Of a DNA stretch of 64,000 nucleotides, positions 20,944 to 30,726 are shown piece by piece; position 1 is the stretch's first letter, and each line of letters begins with the position of its first letter. The position numbers and the translations under genes are program-made. Location of the stretch: contig JAQYPT010000048.1 of assembly GCA_028726625.1 (NCBI GenBank), forward strand, positions 47,853 to 111,852, read 5' to 3'. The notes beneath the pieces were generated by a model. It was not told the origin of the DNA, did not search any database, and was given only the letters and a program-made list of their open reading frames with translations. The stretch comes from Prevotellaceae bacterium. Lineage in GTDB: Bacteria > Bacteroidota > Bacteroidia > Bacteroidales > Bacteroidaceae.

Positions 20944-22206
20944 ATGGAATTAAAAAGAGTAGTAGTAACAGGACTTGGTGCCGTGACACCTATTGGCAAT
21001 ACGCCTGAAGAAACATGGAAAAGCATGTTGGCAGGTAAGAGTGGTGCTGCTCCTATTACATTATTTGATGCTTCCAACTTCAAAACACAGTTTGCTTGTG
21101 AGGTAAAAGACCTGAATATCAACGATTACATTGATAGAAAGGCCGTACGCAAGCTGGATCGCTACACGCAGTTGGCCATGATTTCGGCCATGCAGGGTGT
21201 AAAAGATGCTGGACTTGACTTGGAAAAAGAAGACAAAAACCGTATCGGTGTCATCTATGGTGTGGGTATCGGAGGTATTAAAACCTTCGAAGAAGAGGTT
21301 TCGTACTATGCCTTGAACAAGGAAAACGGGCCTAAATTTAGCCCATTCTTCATTCCTAAGATGATTGCCGACATCGCTTCCGGACAGATTTCCATTCATT
21401 TTGGATTTCATGGTCCCAACTATACCACAACCAGTGCGTGTGCTTCTTCGAGCACAGCCTTGTCAGATGCATTCAATCTCATTCGTCTGGGCAAGGCGAA
21501 CATCATCGTTTCTGGTGGTGCCGAGGCAGCCATTACGGCCAGTGGTGTGGGTGGTTTCAACGCCATGCATGCGTTGTCAACCCGTAATGACGACCCTGAA
21601 CACGCTTCACGGCCGTTCAGTGCCAGTCGTGACGGTTTCGTCATGGGCGAAGGAGCAGGCTGTTTGATTCTTGAAGAGTTGGAACATGCCAAGGCGCGTG
21701 GTGCCAAAATCTATGCCGAAATGATTGGTGAGGGTGCCAGTGGCGACGCTTATCACATCACAGCCAGTCATCCTGAAGGTCTTGGTGCTAAGCTGGTGAT
21801 GACCGCAGCACTAGAAGATGCTGGTCTGAAGCCAGAAGATGTTGATTACATCAATGTGCATGGTACTTCTACACCTGTTGGAGATATCTCTGAGGTTAAA
21901 GCCATCAAGGATGTGTTTGGTGACCATGCCTACAAATTGAACATCAGTTCTACCAAGAGTATGACCGGCCACTTGCTGGGTGCAGCAGGTACTGTAGAGG
22001 CAATGGCCTGTGTGTTGGCCGTTCGGGACGGCATCATTCCTCCCACTATCAATCATGAGGAGGATGACAAAGACCCTGAAATTGATTACGAACTGAACTA
22101 TACGTTCAACCAAGCTCAAAAGCGTGAGGTGCGCGTAGCATTGAGTAATACGTTCGGGTTTGGTGGACATAACGCTTGCGTAGTATTCAAGAAATATGCT
22201 GAGTAA
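20944..22206 (+). CDS. fabF: 3-oxoacyl-ACP synthase II
   Basis: TSACASS (catalytic Cys), NVHGTST, TGHLLGAAG, NTFGFGGHN. Confidence 0.95.
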   Translation: MELKRVVVTGLGAVTPIGNTPEETWKSMLAGKSGAAPITLFDASNFKTQFACEVKDLNINDYIDRKAVRKLDRYTQLAMISAMQGVKDAGLDLEKEDKNRIGVIYGVGIGGIKTFEEEVSYYALNKENGPKFSPFFIPKMIADIASGQISIHFGFHGPNYTTTSACASSSTALSDAFNLIRLGKANIIVSGGAEAAITASGVGGFNAMHALSTRNDDPEHASRPFSASRDGFVMGEGAGCLILEELEHAKARGAKIYAEMIGEGASGDAYHITASHPEGLGAKLVMTAALEDAGLKPEDVDYINVHGTSTPVGDISEVKAIKDVFGDHAYKLNISSTKSMTGHLLGAAGTVEAMACVLAVRDGIIPPTINHEEDDKDPEIDYELNYTFNQAQKREVRVALSNTFGFGGHNACVVFKKYAE

Positions 22207-23248
22207 TATTCTCGATCGGATAAAGCTCCCCTTCCGTCGTGAAAGGGGGCTTTATTCGTCTTTATACCGTATCATCGGTTTCTATCCACACGATATCAGT
22301 TATTACAAATTGGCCTTGATGCATAAGAGCGTCATGCGTCGCAATGCCAAGGGCAAACCCGTGAATAACGAGCGTTTGGAGTTTCTCGGCGATGCCATTC
22401 TCGATGCTACCGTGGGACATATCGTGTACGAGCATTTTCCCGGTAAGCGTGAGGGATTTCTCACCAACACACGCAGTAAGCTGGTTCAACGCAGCACTTT
22501 GAACAAGTTGGCCAATGAGATGGGCATTTGCAAGCTCATTCTTAGTAGCGGACGCAACGCCTCGCATAACAGTTATATGGGCGGAAATGCGTTCGAGGCG
22601 CTTGTGGGTGCCATCTATCTGGATCGTGGTTATGATGCTTGCATGCGCTTCATGAAAGACCGAATCTTGAAGGAAATGCTCAACATCGATAAGGTGGCTT
22701 ACAAGGAAGTGAATTTCAAGAGTAAGCTGATTGAATGGAGCCAGAAAAACAAGGTGAAGATTAACTTTAAGCTGTTGAATCAAGGACAGGATAAAAACGG
22801 TAACCCGGTCTTTAAGTATGCAGCCGAATTGGAAGGAATTGAGGGGTGTTTTGGTGAGGGATTCAGCAAAAAAGAGAGTCAACAATTGGCCAGTAAGCTT
22901 ACGTTGGAACAACTGAAACGAAAGCCGCAGTTCATCGATGAGGTGTTTGCCGCCAAGACCAACCGCACCAAGATGGAAGAAGAACCGGTTGTCATCGTGC
23001 CGGATACGCATCCACAGGATGATTTCATCGTGGTGAAGAGCGAAGACCTACCGGTACAAAAGCATGAATCACCCTTCCAGGAAGAGGTCTTTACCGAGTC
23101 TCAAGATGAGGTTCGTGAAGAGTCGCACGTTATCTCCAACTTGGTTGATGAGATTGATGAGCTGCATTTAGACGATATTAGCGCTCAAAGAATGGGCGAT
23201 GAGGAAATCATTGCCAAGGCCGAAGAAGAAGCCTTCTCTAAAGAATAG
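22196..23248 (+). CDS. rnc: Ribonuclease III with long acidic C-terminal tail
   Basis: NERLEFLGDAILD signature, 'GNAFEALVGAIYLDRG', dsRBD 'NFKSKLIEWSQK...GEGFSKKESQQ'. Confidence 0.93.
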   Translation: MLSNILDRIKLPFRRERGLYSSLYRIIGFYPHDISYYKLALMHKSVMRRNAKGKPVNNERLEFLGDAILDATVGHIVYEHFPGKREGFLTNTRSKLVQRSTLNKLANEMGICKLILSSGRNASHNSYMGGNAFEALVGAIYLDRGYDACMRFMKDRILKEMLNIDKVAYKEVNFKSKLIEWSQKNKVKINFKLLNQGQDKNGNPVFKYAAELEGIEGCFGEGFSKKESQQLASKLTLEQLKRKPQFIDEVFAAKTNRTKMEEEPVVIVPDTHPQDDFIVVKSEDLPVQKHESPFQEEVFTESQDEVREESHVISNLVDEIDELHLDDISAQRMGDEEIIAKAEEEAFSKE

Positions 23249-23365
23249 CTACGTAAGTAGCGTGCATACAACTGCTCACTGTCGGCGTATCTGTCGGCAG
23301 CAGCCACGTATCGTCCTTTTAAATTCATGTCTATAGGTGTTTAAGTCTGTAGTGATGAGGTTGGT

Positions 23366-25189
23366 TTAAGTTTGTGAATTGGCCGTTTTCTGGTCATCAT
23401 GGATGAGTTTGAGCAAGTGTTCTACCGCCTCTTCTGTAGGAATGTTTTTCTCCACACAGGTTTGTTTTCTGTACAAAGAAACCTTTCCTGGGCCGGCACC
23501 TACATAACCATAATCGGCATCAGCCATCTCTCCAGGACCGTTGACAATGCATCCCATGATACCAATCTTGAGGCCTTTCATCTCTTTTGTGGCGTCTTTA
23601 ATGCGCGCAATGGTCTGTTGTAGGTCGTATAAGGTGCGTCCACAGCCCGGACAACTGATGTATTCGGTTTTGCTCATGCGCAATCTTCCTGCCTGTAAGA
23701 TGTTGAATGCCGTGTCTTCCAATACGCTGTCGGACAGTTTTCCATCGTTCATAAGCCAGATACCATCTGTCAATCCGTCGATCATCAATGCTCCCATGTC
23801 GGCCGATGCGTCCAGTTGGAAGTCGCTTTTCTCATCATGACGGTACATTTGAGCAAAAACTACGGGATTGTACACACCGTTGTTCATCATCTCGTGAACC
23901 AATGCTCGCTGGTCTCCTACCCTGTTTTGGTGGTTGCTCATGCACACCACAACAATCTCAGGATGGGCTTTTAGGCACGCAACATATTCCTCTGTAGGCG
24001 TTCCGAACTGCAATACCAGAAACTTGATGTCCGACTTCATGCTGCCAATGAATGGCATAGCCATGGCTGGAAAGATGGGATAGGTATGTTTTTCGCCATG
24101 ATATTCGCTGTAATCAACGATATATTTCCGGTCTTCTGCATATTTAGGAACTTGGTTTCCCACATAAATGTAGTCGGCCTTACAGCCTTCATTCGAAGTA
24201 ATGACAATGGGTACGTTGCTTCCACCGATGTTGCCAATTGCACGTGTTTTACGCCTTTCTGGTCGAAGATAGTTGAAGTTTTTGTTGGGTTCTGCTGGAA
24301 TCATCAGGTGTCCGGCACGCTTTGATATGTAATCTGCTAAGTGTTTGGCCACAGGTATCTCACATTCGGGTTCTTCAGAAAGCGATACACGGATGGTGTC
24401 TCCGATGCCATCTGCCAATAAAGCACCGATTCCCACCGCGCTCTTGATGCGTCCGTCCTCGCCTTCTCCAGCTTCTGTCACTCCAAGGTGTAAGGGATAG
24501 TGCATGTCTTCCTTGTCCATTGTGTCGACAAGCAAGCGCACTGATTGCACCATCACTACGGTATTGCTTGACTTGATGGAGATAACAACATTATCAAATT
24601 GCTGTTTTTTGCAGATACGAAGAAACTCCATGCAGCTTTCTACAATGCCTTCGGGCGTGTCACCGTATCGGTTTCGTATTCTATCCGATAGCGATCCGTG
24701 GTTTACCCCTATGCGAATGGCGGTGTGGTTGGCTTTACAAATATTGAGAAAAGGTACAAACCGGTCTTCAATCTTTTTGAGTTCGCGCGCATACTCTTCG
24801 TCCGTGTACTCTAATTGGATGAACTTTCGGGCGGGATCTACATAATTTCCCGGGTTAATGCGTACCTTCTCGGTATGCTGTGCAGCCACGTCAGCCACGT
24901 TAGCATTAAAGTGTACGTCGGCTACCAATGGTGTTTCATATCCTTTGGCATGCAATCCGGCATGGATATTCTTCAGGTTTTCAGCCTCTCTCCTACCCTG
25001 TGTGGTGAGTCGTACCAATTCTCCGCCAGCCTGAATGATGCGTTCTGCCTGCTCAATGCACGCCTGTGTGTCATTCGTGTCGGTTGTGGTCATCGACTGG
25101 ATGCGTACCGGATTATCGCCACCCATATCGATATTACCTACATGTACTACGTTCGATTTACGGCGTTGATAATTAAAAAGATCTGTCAT
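23366..25189 (-). CDS. ispG: 4-hydroxy-3-methylbut-2-en-1-yl diphosphate synthase (long form)
   Basis: RIQSMTTT, KVRINPGNY, RIGVNHGSLS, HLGVTEAG, SCPGCGRT, MGCIVNGPGE. Confidence 0.95.
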   Translation of the reverse strand: MTDLFNYQRRKSNVVHVGNIDMGGDNPVRIQSMTTTDTNDTQACIEQAERIIQAGGELVRLTTQGRREAENLKNIHAGLHAKGYETPLVADVHFNANVADVAAQHTEKVRINPGNYVDPARKFIQLEYTDEEYARELKKIEDRFVPFLNICKANHTAIRIGVNHGSLSDRIRNRYGDTPEGIVESCMEFLRICKKQQFDNVVISIKSSNTVVMVQSVRLLVDTMDKEDMHYPLHLGVTEAGEGEDGRIKSAVGIGALLADGIGDTIRVSLSEEPECEIPVAKHLADYISKRAGHLMIPAEPNKNFNYLRPERRKTRAIGNIGGSNVPIVITSNEGCKADYIYVGNQVPKYAEDRKYIVDYSEYHGEKHTYPIFPAMAMPFIGSMKSDIKFLVLQFGTPTEEYVACLKAHPEIVVVCMSNHQNRVGDQRALVHEMMNNGVYNPVVFAQMYRHDEKSDFQLDASADMGALMIDGLTDGIWLMNDGKLSDSVLEDTAFNILQAGRLRMSKTEYISCPGCGRTLYDLQQTIARIKDATKEMKGLKIGIMGCIVNGPGEMADADYGYVGAGPGKVSLYRKQTCVEKNIPTEEAVEHLLKLIHDDQKTANSQT

Positions 25190-25204
25190 GTGTACACGCT
25201 TCTC

Positions 25205-25720
25205 TTAGTTAGTCTTGTATTCGTAATCTTTTATTTGTGCCAAATCAGCATTTGCTTTTGTGATTTTGGCGCCCAATCCAGCTTTATGATCTTTGATTTT
25301 TTGCGCAATCGATTCGTCTGTCAGCGCCAATATCTCCACCGCAAGGATTGCAGCGTTCATGGAAGCGTTAACCCCTACCGTGGCAACTGGAATGCCCGGT
25401 GGCATCTGTATGATGCTGAGCATGGCGTCCAAGCCGTCCAACATCCCTTTAATAGGAACGCCGATGACGGGCAATGTGGTGTTGGCGGCAATCACACCAG
25501 GCAGCGCAGCAGCCATTCCGGCAGCGGCAATAATTACTTTGATACCTCTGTTTACGGCCTCTTTGGCAAACTCTTCAACGGCAGCGGGCGTGCGGTGAGC
25601 CGATAAAGCGTTTACTTCAAAGGGTATTTTTAGGTCGTTTAGAAACTTACATGCTTTCTCCATGACAGGGAGATCGCTTGTGCTACCCATGATGATGCTT
25701 ACTAATGGTTTCATATTCAT
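25205..25720 (-). CDS. purE: N5-CAIR mutase / phosphoribosylaminoimidazole carboxylase catalytic subunit
   Basis: [32 protein letters not shown]. Confidence 0.95.
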   Translation of the reverse strand: MNMKPLVSIIMGSTSDLPVMEKACKFLNDLKIPFEVNALSAHRTPAAVEEFAKEAVNRGIKVIIAAAGMAAALPGVIAANTTLPVIGVPIKGMLDGLDAMLSIIQMPPGIPVATVGVNASMNAAILAVEILALTDESIAQKIKDHKAGLGAKITKANADLAQIKDYEYKTN

Positions 25721-25740
25721 ATTGTTTTAAGAGTTTGATT

Positions 25741-26361
25741 TCAAATCATTGAGATTATATAGAAGGCGGATATCAGACCAACGATGAATCCAACGTTCAC
25801 CTGTGAAAGTGTGTGTTGCTTGAGAATGATGCGGCTCGAACCCACCAATCCCGCGAATAAGATGGCCAAACAGAGCCACCAAGTAGGATTGAAGTGAAAC
25901 AACAAGGCAAACGACATCAATGCGCCTGTCACGCCACCGATGGCTGCCGAGTGGGTAGATATCTTCCACCAGACGTTGATGAGCGCACAGATAATCTGGA
26001 TGGCGAGTGCCGTGATGAGGATACTGCTGATGAAATGTGGGATGTGATACAGGTTCATGATGTAGTAACATGCGAAGTAACACACAATCGAGATAATGTA
26101 AGGCACCATTCGTCGCTCCTTCATTCCCAGCTCGTGCAGTGTCCATCCCTGGTATTTTCGATATAGATGTATTAGTAAGGTTGGCAATAACACGGTGAAA
26201 AGATACACCATCATGATGACAGTCAGCTTGTAATACCAAGGAACCAGCCTGTTGAGATAACTCAACATGAATAGTGCTACCAACCCAAGCACGGGCAGAT
26301 AGAAAGGAGTGAAGACGATGCTTATCGTCTGAGCGGCCAAAATAATGTTCTTTTCTTTCAT
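25741..26361 (-). CDS. Conserved integral membrane protein (PAP2-like C-terminus)
   Basis: About six TM helices, 'WKISTHSAAIGG', 'SSRIILKQHTLSQV'. Confidence 0.6.
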   Translation of the reverse strand: MKEKNIILAAQTISIVFTPFYLPVLGLVALFMLSYLNRLVPWYYKLTVIMMVYLFTVLLPTLLIHLYRKYQGWTLHELGMKERRMVPYIISIVCYFACYYIMNLYHIPHFISSILITALAIQIICALINVWWKISTHSAAIGGVTGALMSFALLFHFNPTWWLCLAILFAGLVGSSRIILKQHTLSQVNVGFIVGLISAFYIISMI

Positions 26362-26442
26362 ATTGTGTCATCCGCAGGTTGTATCTTTGCGGATGGTTTC
26401 TTCTTCATGTTTTAGCGTCATTCATGTCAAACGATGCGCCAA

Positions 26443-27936
26443 TTATTCTTTTCTGAGCCGTGCAACCGATAGTCCTAATTGTTCTCTGTACTTGGCTACG
26501 GTGCGTCGAGCCACGGGGAATCCCATCTTTTTCAGTTCCTTGGCCAGCGCCTCATCACTGAACGGCTTGCGTTTGTCCTCGTGGTCGATTATTTCTTTCA
26601 GTGCCAGTTTGATTTTCCGGGTAGAGAGTTCTTCCCCATCTTCGGTGGTATAGCTGTCGGTGAAGAAGAATCTGAGCGGGAAAGTGCCCCATTTCGTCTG
26701 TGCATACTTGATGTTGCTCACGCGCGATATGGTAGAGATATCCAGTTCGGTCTTGTCGGAAATGTCTTTCAGAATCATGGGTTTGAGGTCTGACTCGTCA
26801 CCGTCGATGAAGAACTTACGCTGCCATTCTATAATCGCTTTCATCGTTATGTACAGCGTATGTCGGCGTTGTTTGATGGCATCGATGAACCCTTGCGCCT
26901 TGTCTACTTTCTGTTTGGCGTACAACAGCGCTTCCTTTTCCTGCCGGTTCATATTCTCCTTGTTGTTCTTGTAGGTGTCTACCATGTCGGAAAACGATGG
27001 AGAGATGGTCAGTTGTGGAATTTTTCCTTGGTTCAGTGTGAACGATATATTGTTATTGTCATCCACGTCAATGATAAAGTCGGGCGTGATTTGCTGGACG
27101 TTCCTGCCCATGGTCTCGCCCATTGATGCGCCGGGTTTGGGATTGAGCTTACGTATTTCTTCTTGAACTGCTTGCAGTTGTAAGTCGGATAGTTTGAGGT
27201 TGGCCTGTATCTTGTCCCAATGTTTCTTGGTGAACGCGTCAAACTGGTGGGTCACCACTTGCTGCAAGATGTCTTTGAGTTTGCTTTCCGGACGCCTTTC
27301 TACCTGCAACAGCAGACACTCTTGCAGCGACCTGGCGCCGATGCCCGCAGGGTCGAACCCTTGCAGGATATACAACACCTCCTCTATTTGCGTGGGCGTG
27401 ACGTCGATGTTATGGTAGATGGCCAGTTCGTCACTAATCGATTCTACATCCTTTCGCAGGTAACCGTCGTCGTCGAGCGAACCGATGAGATATTCCATCA
27501 CGTCTTTTTGCGTGTCCGTGAGGTTCTCCATCATCATCTGCTCTTTCAGTTTGTCGTAGAAAGATTTGGTGTCTCCGTAGACAATCTCCTCATAGTCGGC
27601 GTTGTCTTGCGGATGATAGGCTCCGTAAGCGTCAGGCATCTCATCATCTCTGCCGATGTTTTCCAGGGCTTTGTCCAATGCTTCTTCGCGCTCTTCTCGT
27701 TCAGTTCGCTCGGCAAAGTCTTCCTCGCGTTCGTCCCGGCCACCTATTTCATCCTCATGGCGTTCGTCACCTTCGGCTTTCTCCAACGCCGGATTGTCAT
27801 CCAATTCGGCATTAACGCTCTCCTCCAGTTCGGTCAACGGCATCTCCAACAGCTTCACTTGCAACATTTGTTGCTGTGACAGTCGCTGTACCTGCTGTTG
27901 TCGTTGTTCTTGAGTTTGTATGAGTTTGTTGGCCAT
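26443..27936 (-). CDS. rpoN: RNA polymerase sigma-54 factor
   Basis: Gln-rich N-terminus, 'PAGIGARSLQECLLLQ', RpoN box ARRTVAKYRE. The start is reassigned to MANKLIQ (27936), with TATTTTTG on - at 28002-28009. Confidence 0.93.
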   Translation of the reverse strand: MANKLIQTQEQRQQQVQRLSQQQMLQVKLLEMPLTELEESVNAELDDNPALEKAEGDERHEDEIGGRDEREEDFAERTEREEREEALDKALENIGRDDEMPDAYGAYHPQDNADYEEIVYGDTKSFYDKLKEQMMMENLTDTQKDVMEYLIGSLDDDGYLRKDVESISDELAIYHNIDVTPTQIEEVLYILQGFDPAGIGARSLQECLLLQVERRPESKLKDILQQVVTHQFDAFTKKHWDKIQANLKLSDLQLQAVQEEIRKLNPKPGASMGETMGRNVQQITPDFIIDVDDNNNISFTLNQGKIPQLTISPSFSDMVDTYKNNKENMNRQEKEALLYAKQKVDKAQGFIDAIKQRRHTLYITMKAIIEWQRKFFIDGDESDLKPMILKDISDKTELDISTISRVSNIKYAQTKWGTFPLRFFFTDSYTTEDGEELSTRKIKLALKEIIDHEDKRKPFSDEALAKELKKMGFPVARRTVAKYREQLGLSVARLRKE

Positions 27937-28112
27937 TGCTGTATATCCAGTCCCTTCTGATGATGTTCGCGTGCGTTCTTCATGTACTGTTGACGCACAT
28001 GCAAAAATACAAAAGATATTCTTATAATCCGCTTCTTTTGGGGGTAATTTTCCAAGATTGTCCAGTCGGCAGGCTCGCTTTCGGTTGGCACACGCAGAGA
28101 TAGCCCCTACCA

Positions 28113-28769
28113 TCAACCCTTAAAATAATCCTTGAGCTGTGCGGCCAGTGCGGCCAAGTGTTCCGGATTGGCATTGCCATAACGCTGCCAAATGTCCTGA
28201 CAGGGTACGAGCAGCGGGTGAATCATCATGTCATCACGATTCAGATATGGGTCACAGAACTTGAAAACCGTCATCACTTCCACGATTTTTCCTGGTTTCA
28301 GGCGCATCAATTTGGCCAGACTGGCAATCTCGGGTGTTTCGGCTACCATGGTAATGGGTACGAGCCTGAAATACAAATCCAAGATGATGATGAGCATCAT
28401 CGGTGTGAGTTCCGCGTCAACTGCGAGCGGTTTGAAGTCGTGTTCAAATGATTCGTTCACCTCTACCCCATCGTAAAACGACGCAGCTTGTCCAAATCCC
28501 CGCATCTTTCTCAGCAACTTAACCCCACGAGCCAATTTGTTAGGGTGCTCGGCATACTCGTTCCACAGCTTTTCCAAGCGTGGCGTGTCCAGTCGTCTCA
28601 GCCGAAACATCTGCTCGTATAAGGTCTGTGGCGGTATGTGTAGTTCCAAGCTAAGGTCAACCATGGCGCGCGAATACAAGGCTTTCACGCCAATAGGCTT
28701 CTTCAGGTACAGTTGCATCAACAGCAACCAATAGTCGTCCGACCATTCATTGGGTATTGACATGATCAT
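28113..28769 (-). CDS. Hypothetical protein with internally duplicated helical domain
   Basis: Two repeats: LLMQLYLKKP..MVDLSLELHIPP..LWNEYAEHPNKL and IILDLYFRLVP..IASLAKLMRLKP..IWQRYGNANPEHL. Confidence 0.7.
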   Translation of the reverse strand: MIMSIPNEWSDDYWLLLMQLYLKKPIGVKALYSRAMVDLSLELHIPPQTLYEQMFRLRRLDTPRLEKLWNEYAEHPNKLARGVKLLRKMRGFGQAASFYDGVEVNESFEHDFKPLAVDAELTPMMLIIILDLYFRLVPITMVAETPEIASLAKLMRLKPGKIVEVMTVFKFCDPYLNRDDMMIHPLLVPCQDIWQRYGNANPEHLAALAAQLKDYFKG

Positions 28770-28945
28770 TCATTGTTTTGACAAAAAGAGCAAGCGCAGA
28801 TTGTAAGGACGCGTGTTTTACACAGTTGCTGCGAAAACTCTTTGAGGCAAAGATAGCATAAGTTTTGCAAAGCATCAAGTAAACGCTTTGCTTTTTCTTG
28901 CAAAAGCATTACTTTTGCATCATTCATGAATCAATAGTTACCACG

Positions 28946-30238
28946 ATGAACAAAGCTTTAATCATCCTGTCTTTATGCTTTAGTTGGATTACCTCCAACG
29001 CTCAACTTTCTAAAACTGAGATTCGCAACAACCCTTTGTTGGCTGCCAACGGCTATTACGCTTATCCCGGGCCGCTAAAACCGCAGCTCACGCCTGCACC
29101 AAAGGGATATGTTGCGTTTTACATCAGTCATTATGGGCGGCACGGTTCGCGCTATCTCATCGACCCAAACGATTACAACGGTCCGCTTCGCACGCTGCAA
29201 AAGTCCGACAGCCTGGGCAAACTCACCCCTTTGGGCCAGGAGGTGTTGCGCAAAGTAACCCTGATTTGCAACGAGTCGAAAGGCAGATTGGGCGAGTTAA
29301 CCTTACGAGGAGCCGAGCAACATCAGCAGATAGCGCGCCGCATGTTCGAGCGTTTTCCCGAAGTGCTGAGTGGAAAAAGAAACGTAGATGCCAAGAGCAG
29401 CACCGTTATTCGCTGCATCTTGTCCATGGAAAATGCGTTGCTGCAACTGGCAAGGCTCAATCCTCAACTGCACATTACGCACGATGCCAGTGCGTATGAC
29501 ATGCCTTATTTGGTGTATGGCGACACGGCTTTATACAAAAACAAAATGCCCGAAAAGGTAAAAGAAATCTACGAGGCCTTTGCCAAGCGGCATGACAACC
29601 ATGTAGGGGTGATGAACCGAATTTTCAAGGATGAAAGCTATTGGCGCGAACACGTCGACGCTACACAATTAAACACCCAACTTTACAACCTTGCCAGCAA
29701 CGTGCAGAGCACCGAACTGCGCCATCAGCTGTCGCTCTTAGACCTCTTTACTCACGACGAGTTGTATGATGCTTGGCTGAAAACCAATGCCTGGTGGTAC
29801 ATCAACTATGGTCCGTCGCCCTTAAACGGAGCTGTTCAGCCCTATTCGCAGCGCATGTTGCTGCGCCGCATCATCACCGAGGCCGACAGTTGCGTGGCTC
29901 TCTCCCACCCCGGCGCAACGCTTCGTTATGGACACGACACGATGGTGATGCCTTTGGTGTGCCTGTTAGATATCAATGGTTACGGCAAACAGATAGAGGA
30001 TTTGGAGCGTTTGGATGACGAGAATTGGCTGGATTACCGCATCTTCCCTATGGCCTGCAACCTACAGTTTGTGTTCTATCGTTCGCAAGCGCGTCCACAC
30101 GACATCCTCGTGAAGGTGCTTCTGAACGAAGACGAGACCACTCTACCCCTCCCGACCGACATCGCTCCCTATTACCATTGGAACGATTTCAAGACTTATT
30201 ATCTGAACAAGATAGATCAATTTCAAACCAAGAAGTAG
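28946..30238 (+). CDS. Histidine acid phosphatase family, secreted
   Basis: Signal peptide, GRHGSR, LRYGHD, IFPMACNLQFVFY. The start is reassigned to 28946. Confidence 0.85.
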   Translation: MNKALIILSLCFSWITSNAQLSKTEIRNNPLLAANGYYAYPGPLKPQLTPAPKGYVAFYISHYGRHGSRYLIDPNDYNGPLRTLQKSDSLGKLTPLGQEVLRKVTLICNESKGRLGELTLRGAEQHQQIARRMFERFPEVLSGKRNVDAKSSTVIRCILSMENALLQLARLNPQLHITHDASAYDMPYLVYGDTALYKNKMPEKVKEIYEAFAKRHDNHVGVMNRIFKDESYWREHVDATQLNTQLYNLASNVQSTELRHQLSLLDLFTHDELYDAWLKTNAWWYINYGPSPLNGAVQPYSQRMLLRRIITEADSCVALSHPGATLRYGHDTMVMPLVCLLDINGYGKQIEDLERLDDENWLDYRIFPMACNLQFVFYRSQARPHDILVKVLLNEDETTLPLPTDIAPYYHWNDFKTYYLNKIDQFQTKK

Positions 30239-30358
30239 CCGCAGGTGATCCGTTTTTACGGTTGTCAAACGCTTGTAAAGAAACAATATTTTTGTTAAGA
30301 TAAATGAAAAAATAGCGACAATAATGGTATCTTTACCATGCGATTACCATATTTTGTC

Positions 30359-30366
30359 TATTTTTG
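30359..30366 (+). promoter_or_regulatory. -7 promoter element of uORF-TBDR-lipoprotein operon
   Basis: TATTTTTG 34 nt upstream of ATG 30400, preceded by the inverted repeat ATGGTA-TCTT-TACCAT (30323-30338). Confidence 0.55.
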
Positions 30367-30399
30367 CGTGCTAAAGATTGTAAGGTTATTTTAGTGCGA

Positions 30400-30726
30400 A
30401 TGACAACAAGAAGGACGAAACGCAGATTGATGGCGTGGATGATGGTGCTTACCTTCATCTCGGCTCTTCTCGTGAAAGACGTTCATGCGCACAGCATAAC
30501 TGTACAGCACTTAGACCCAATAGAGCAACACCAAACCACAGTACGGGCGTATTGTTATATTTGTAACTTTGACCTGTGCAAGATGAGCATGCCCAAACTC
30601 TTTGTTTGGCAGCCTGTGTTGCTTGTAAAACGTATTGTTAAACCGCTGTTTGCAGCACAAATCGTTTATCGTGAGCCGCTTGTGGTAAACGCTCATTCGC
30701 CGCCTTTTTTAATTCATAATTTTTAA
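30400..30726 (+). CDS. Small secreted CxxC protein / putative regulatory upstream ORF (DUF2946/CruR-like)
   Basis: MTTRRTKRRLMAWMMVLTFISALLVKDVHA-HS..., CYIC, C-terminal 'NAHSPPFL'. Lies directly upstream of a TBDR. Confidence 0.65.
   Translation: MTTRRTKRRLMAWMMVLTFISALLVKDVHAHSITVQHLDPIEQHQTTVRAYCYICNFDLCKMSMPKLFVWQPVLLVKRIVKPLFAAQIVYREPLVVNAHSPPFLIHNF

Noticed and set aside
27937-28116. N-terminal extension of RpoN in the ORF track
   Set aside because: The extension is not sigma-54-like and contains a TAnnTTTG promoter, so the real start is MANKL at 27936. The same reasoning applies to the long extensions of YitT (54456), SdhC (55710) and the 131-aa gene (45218).
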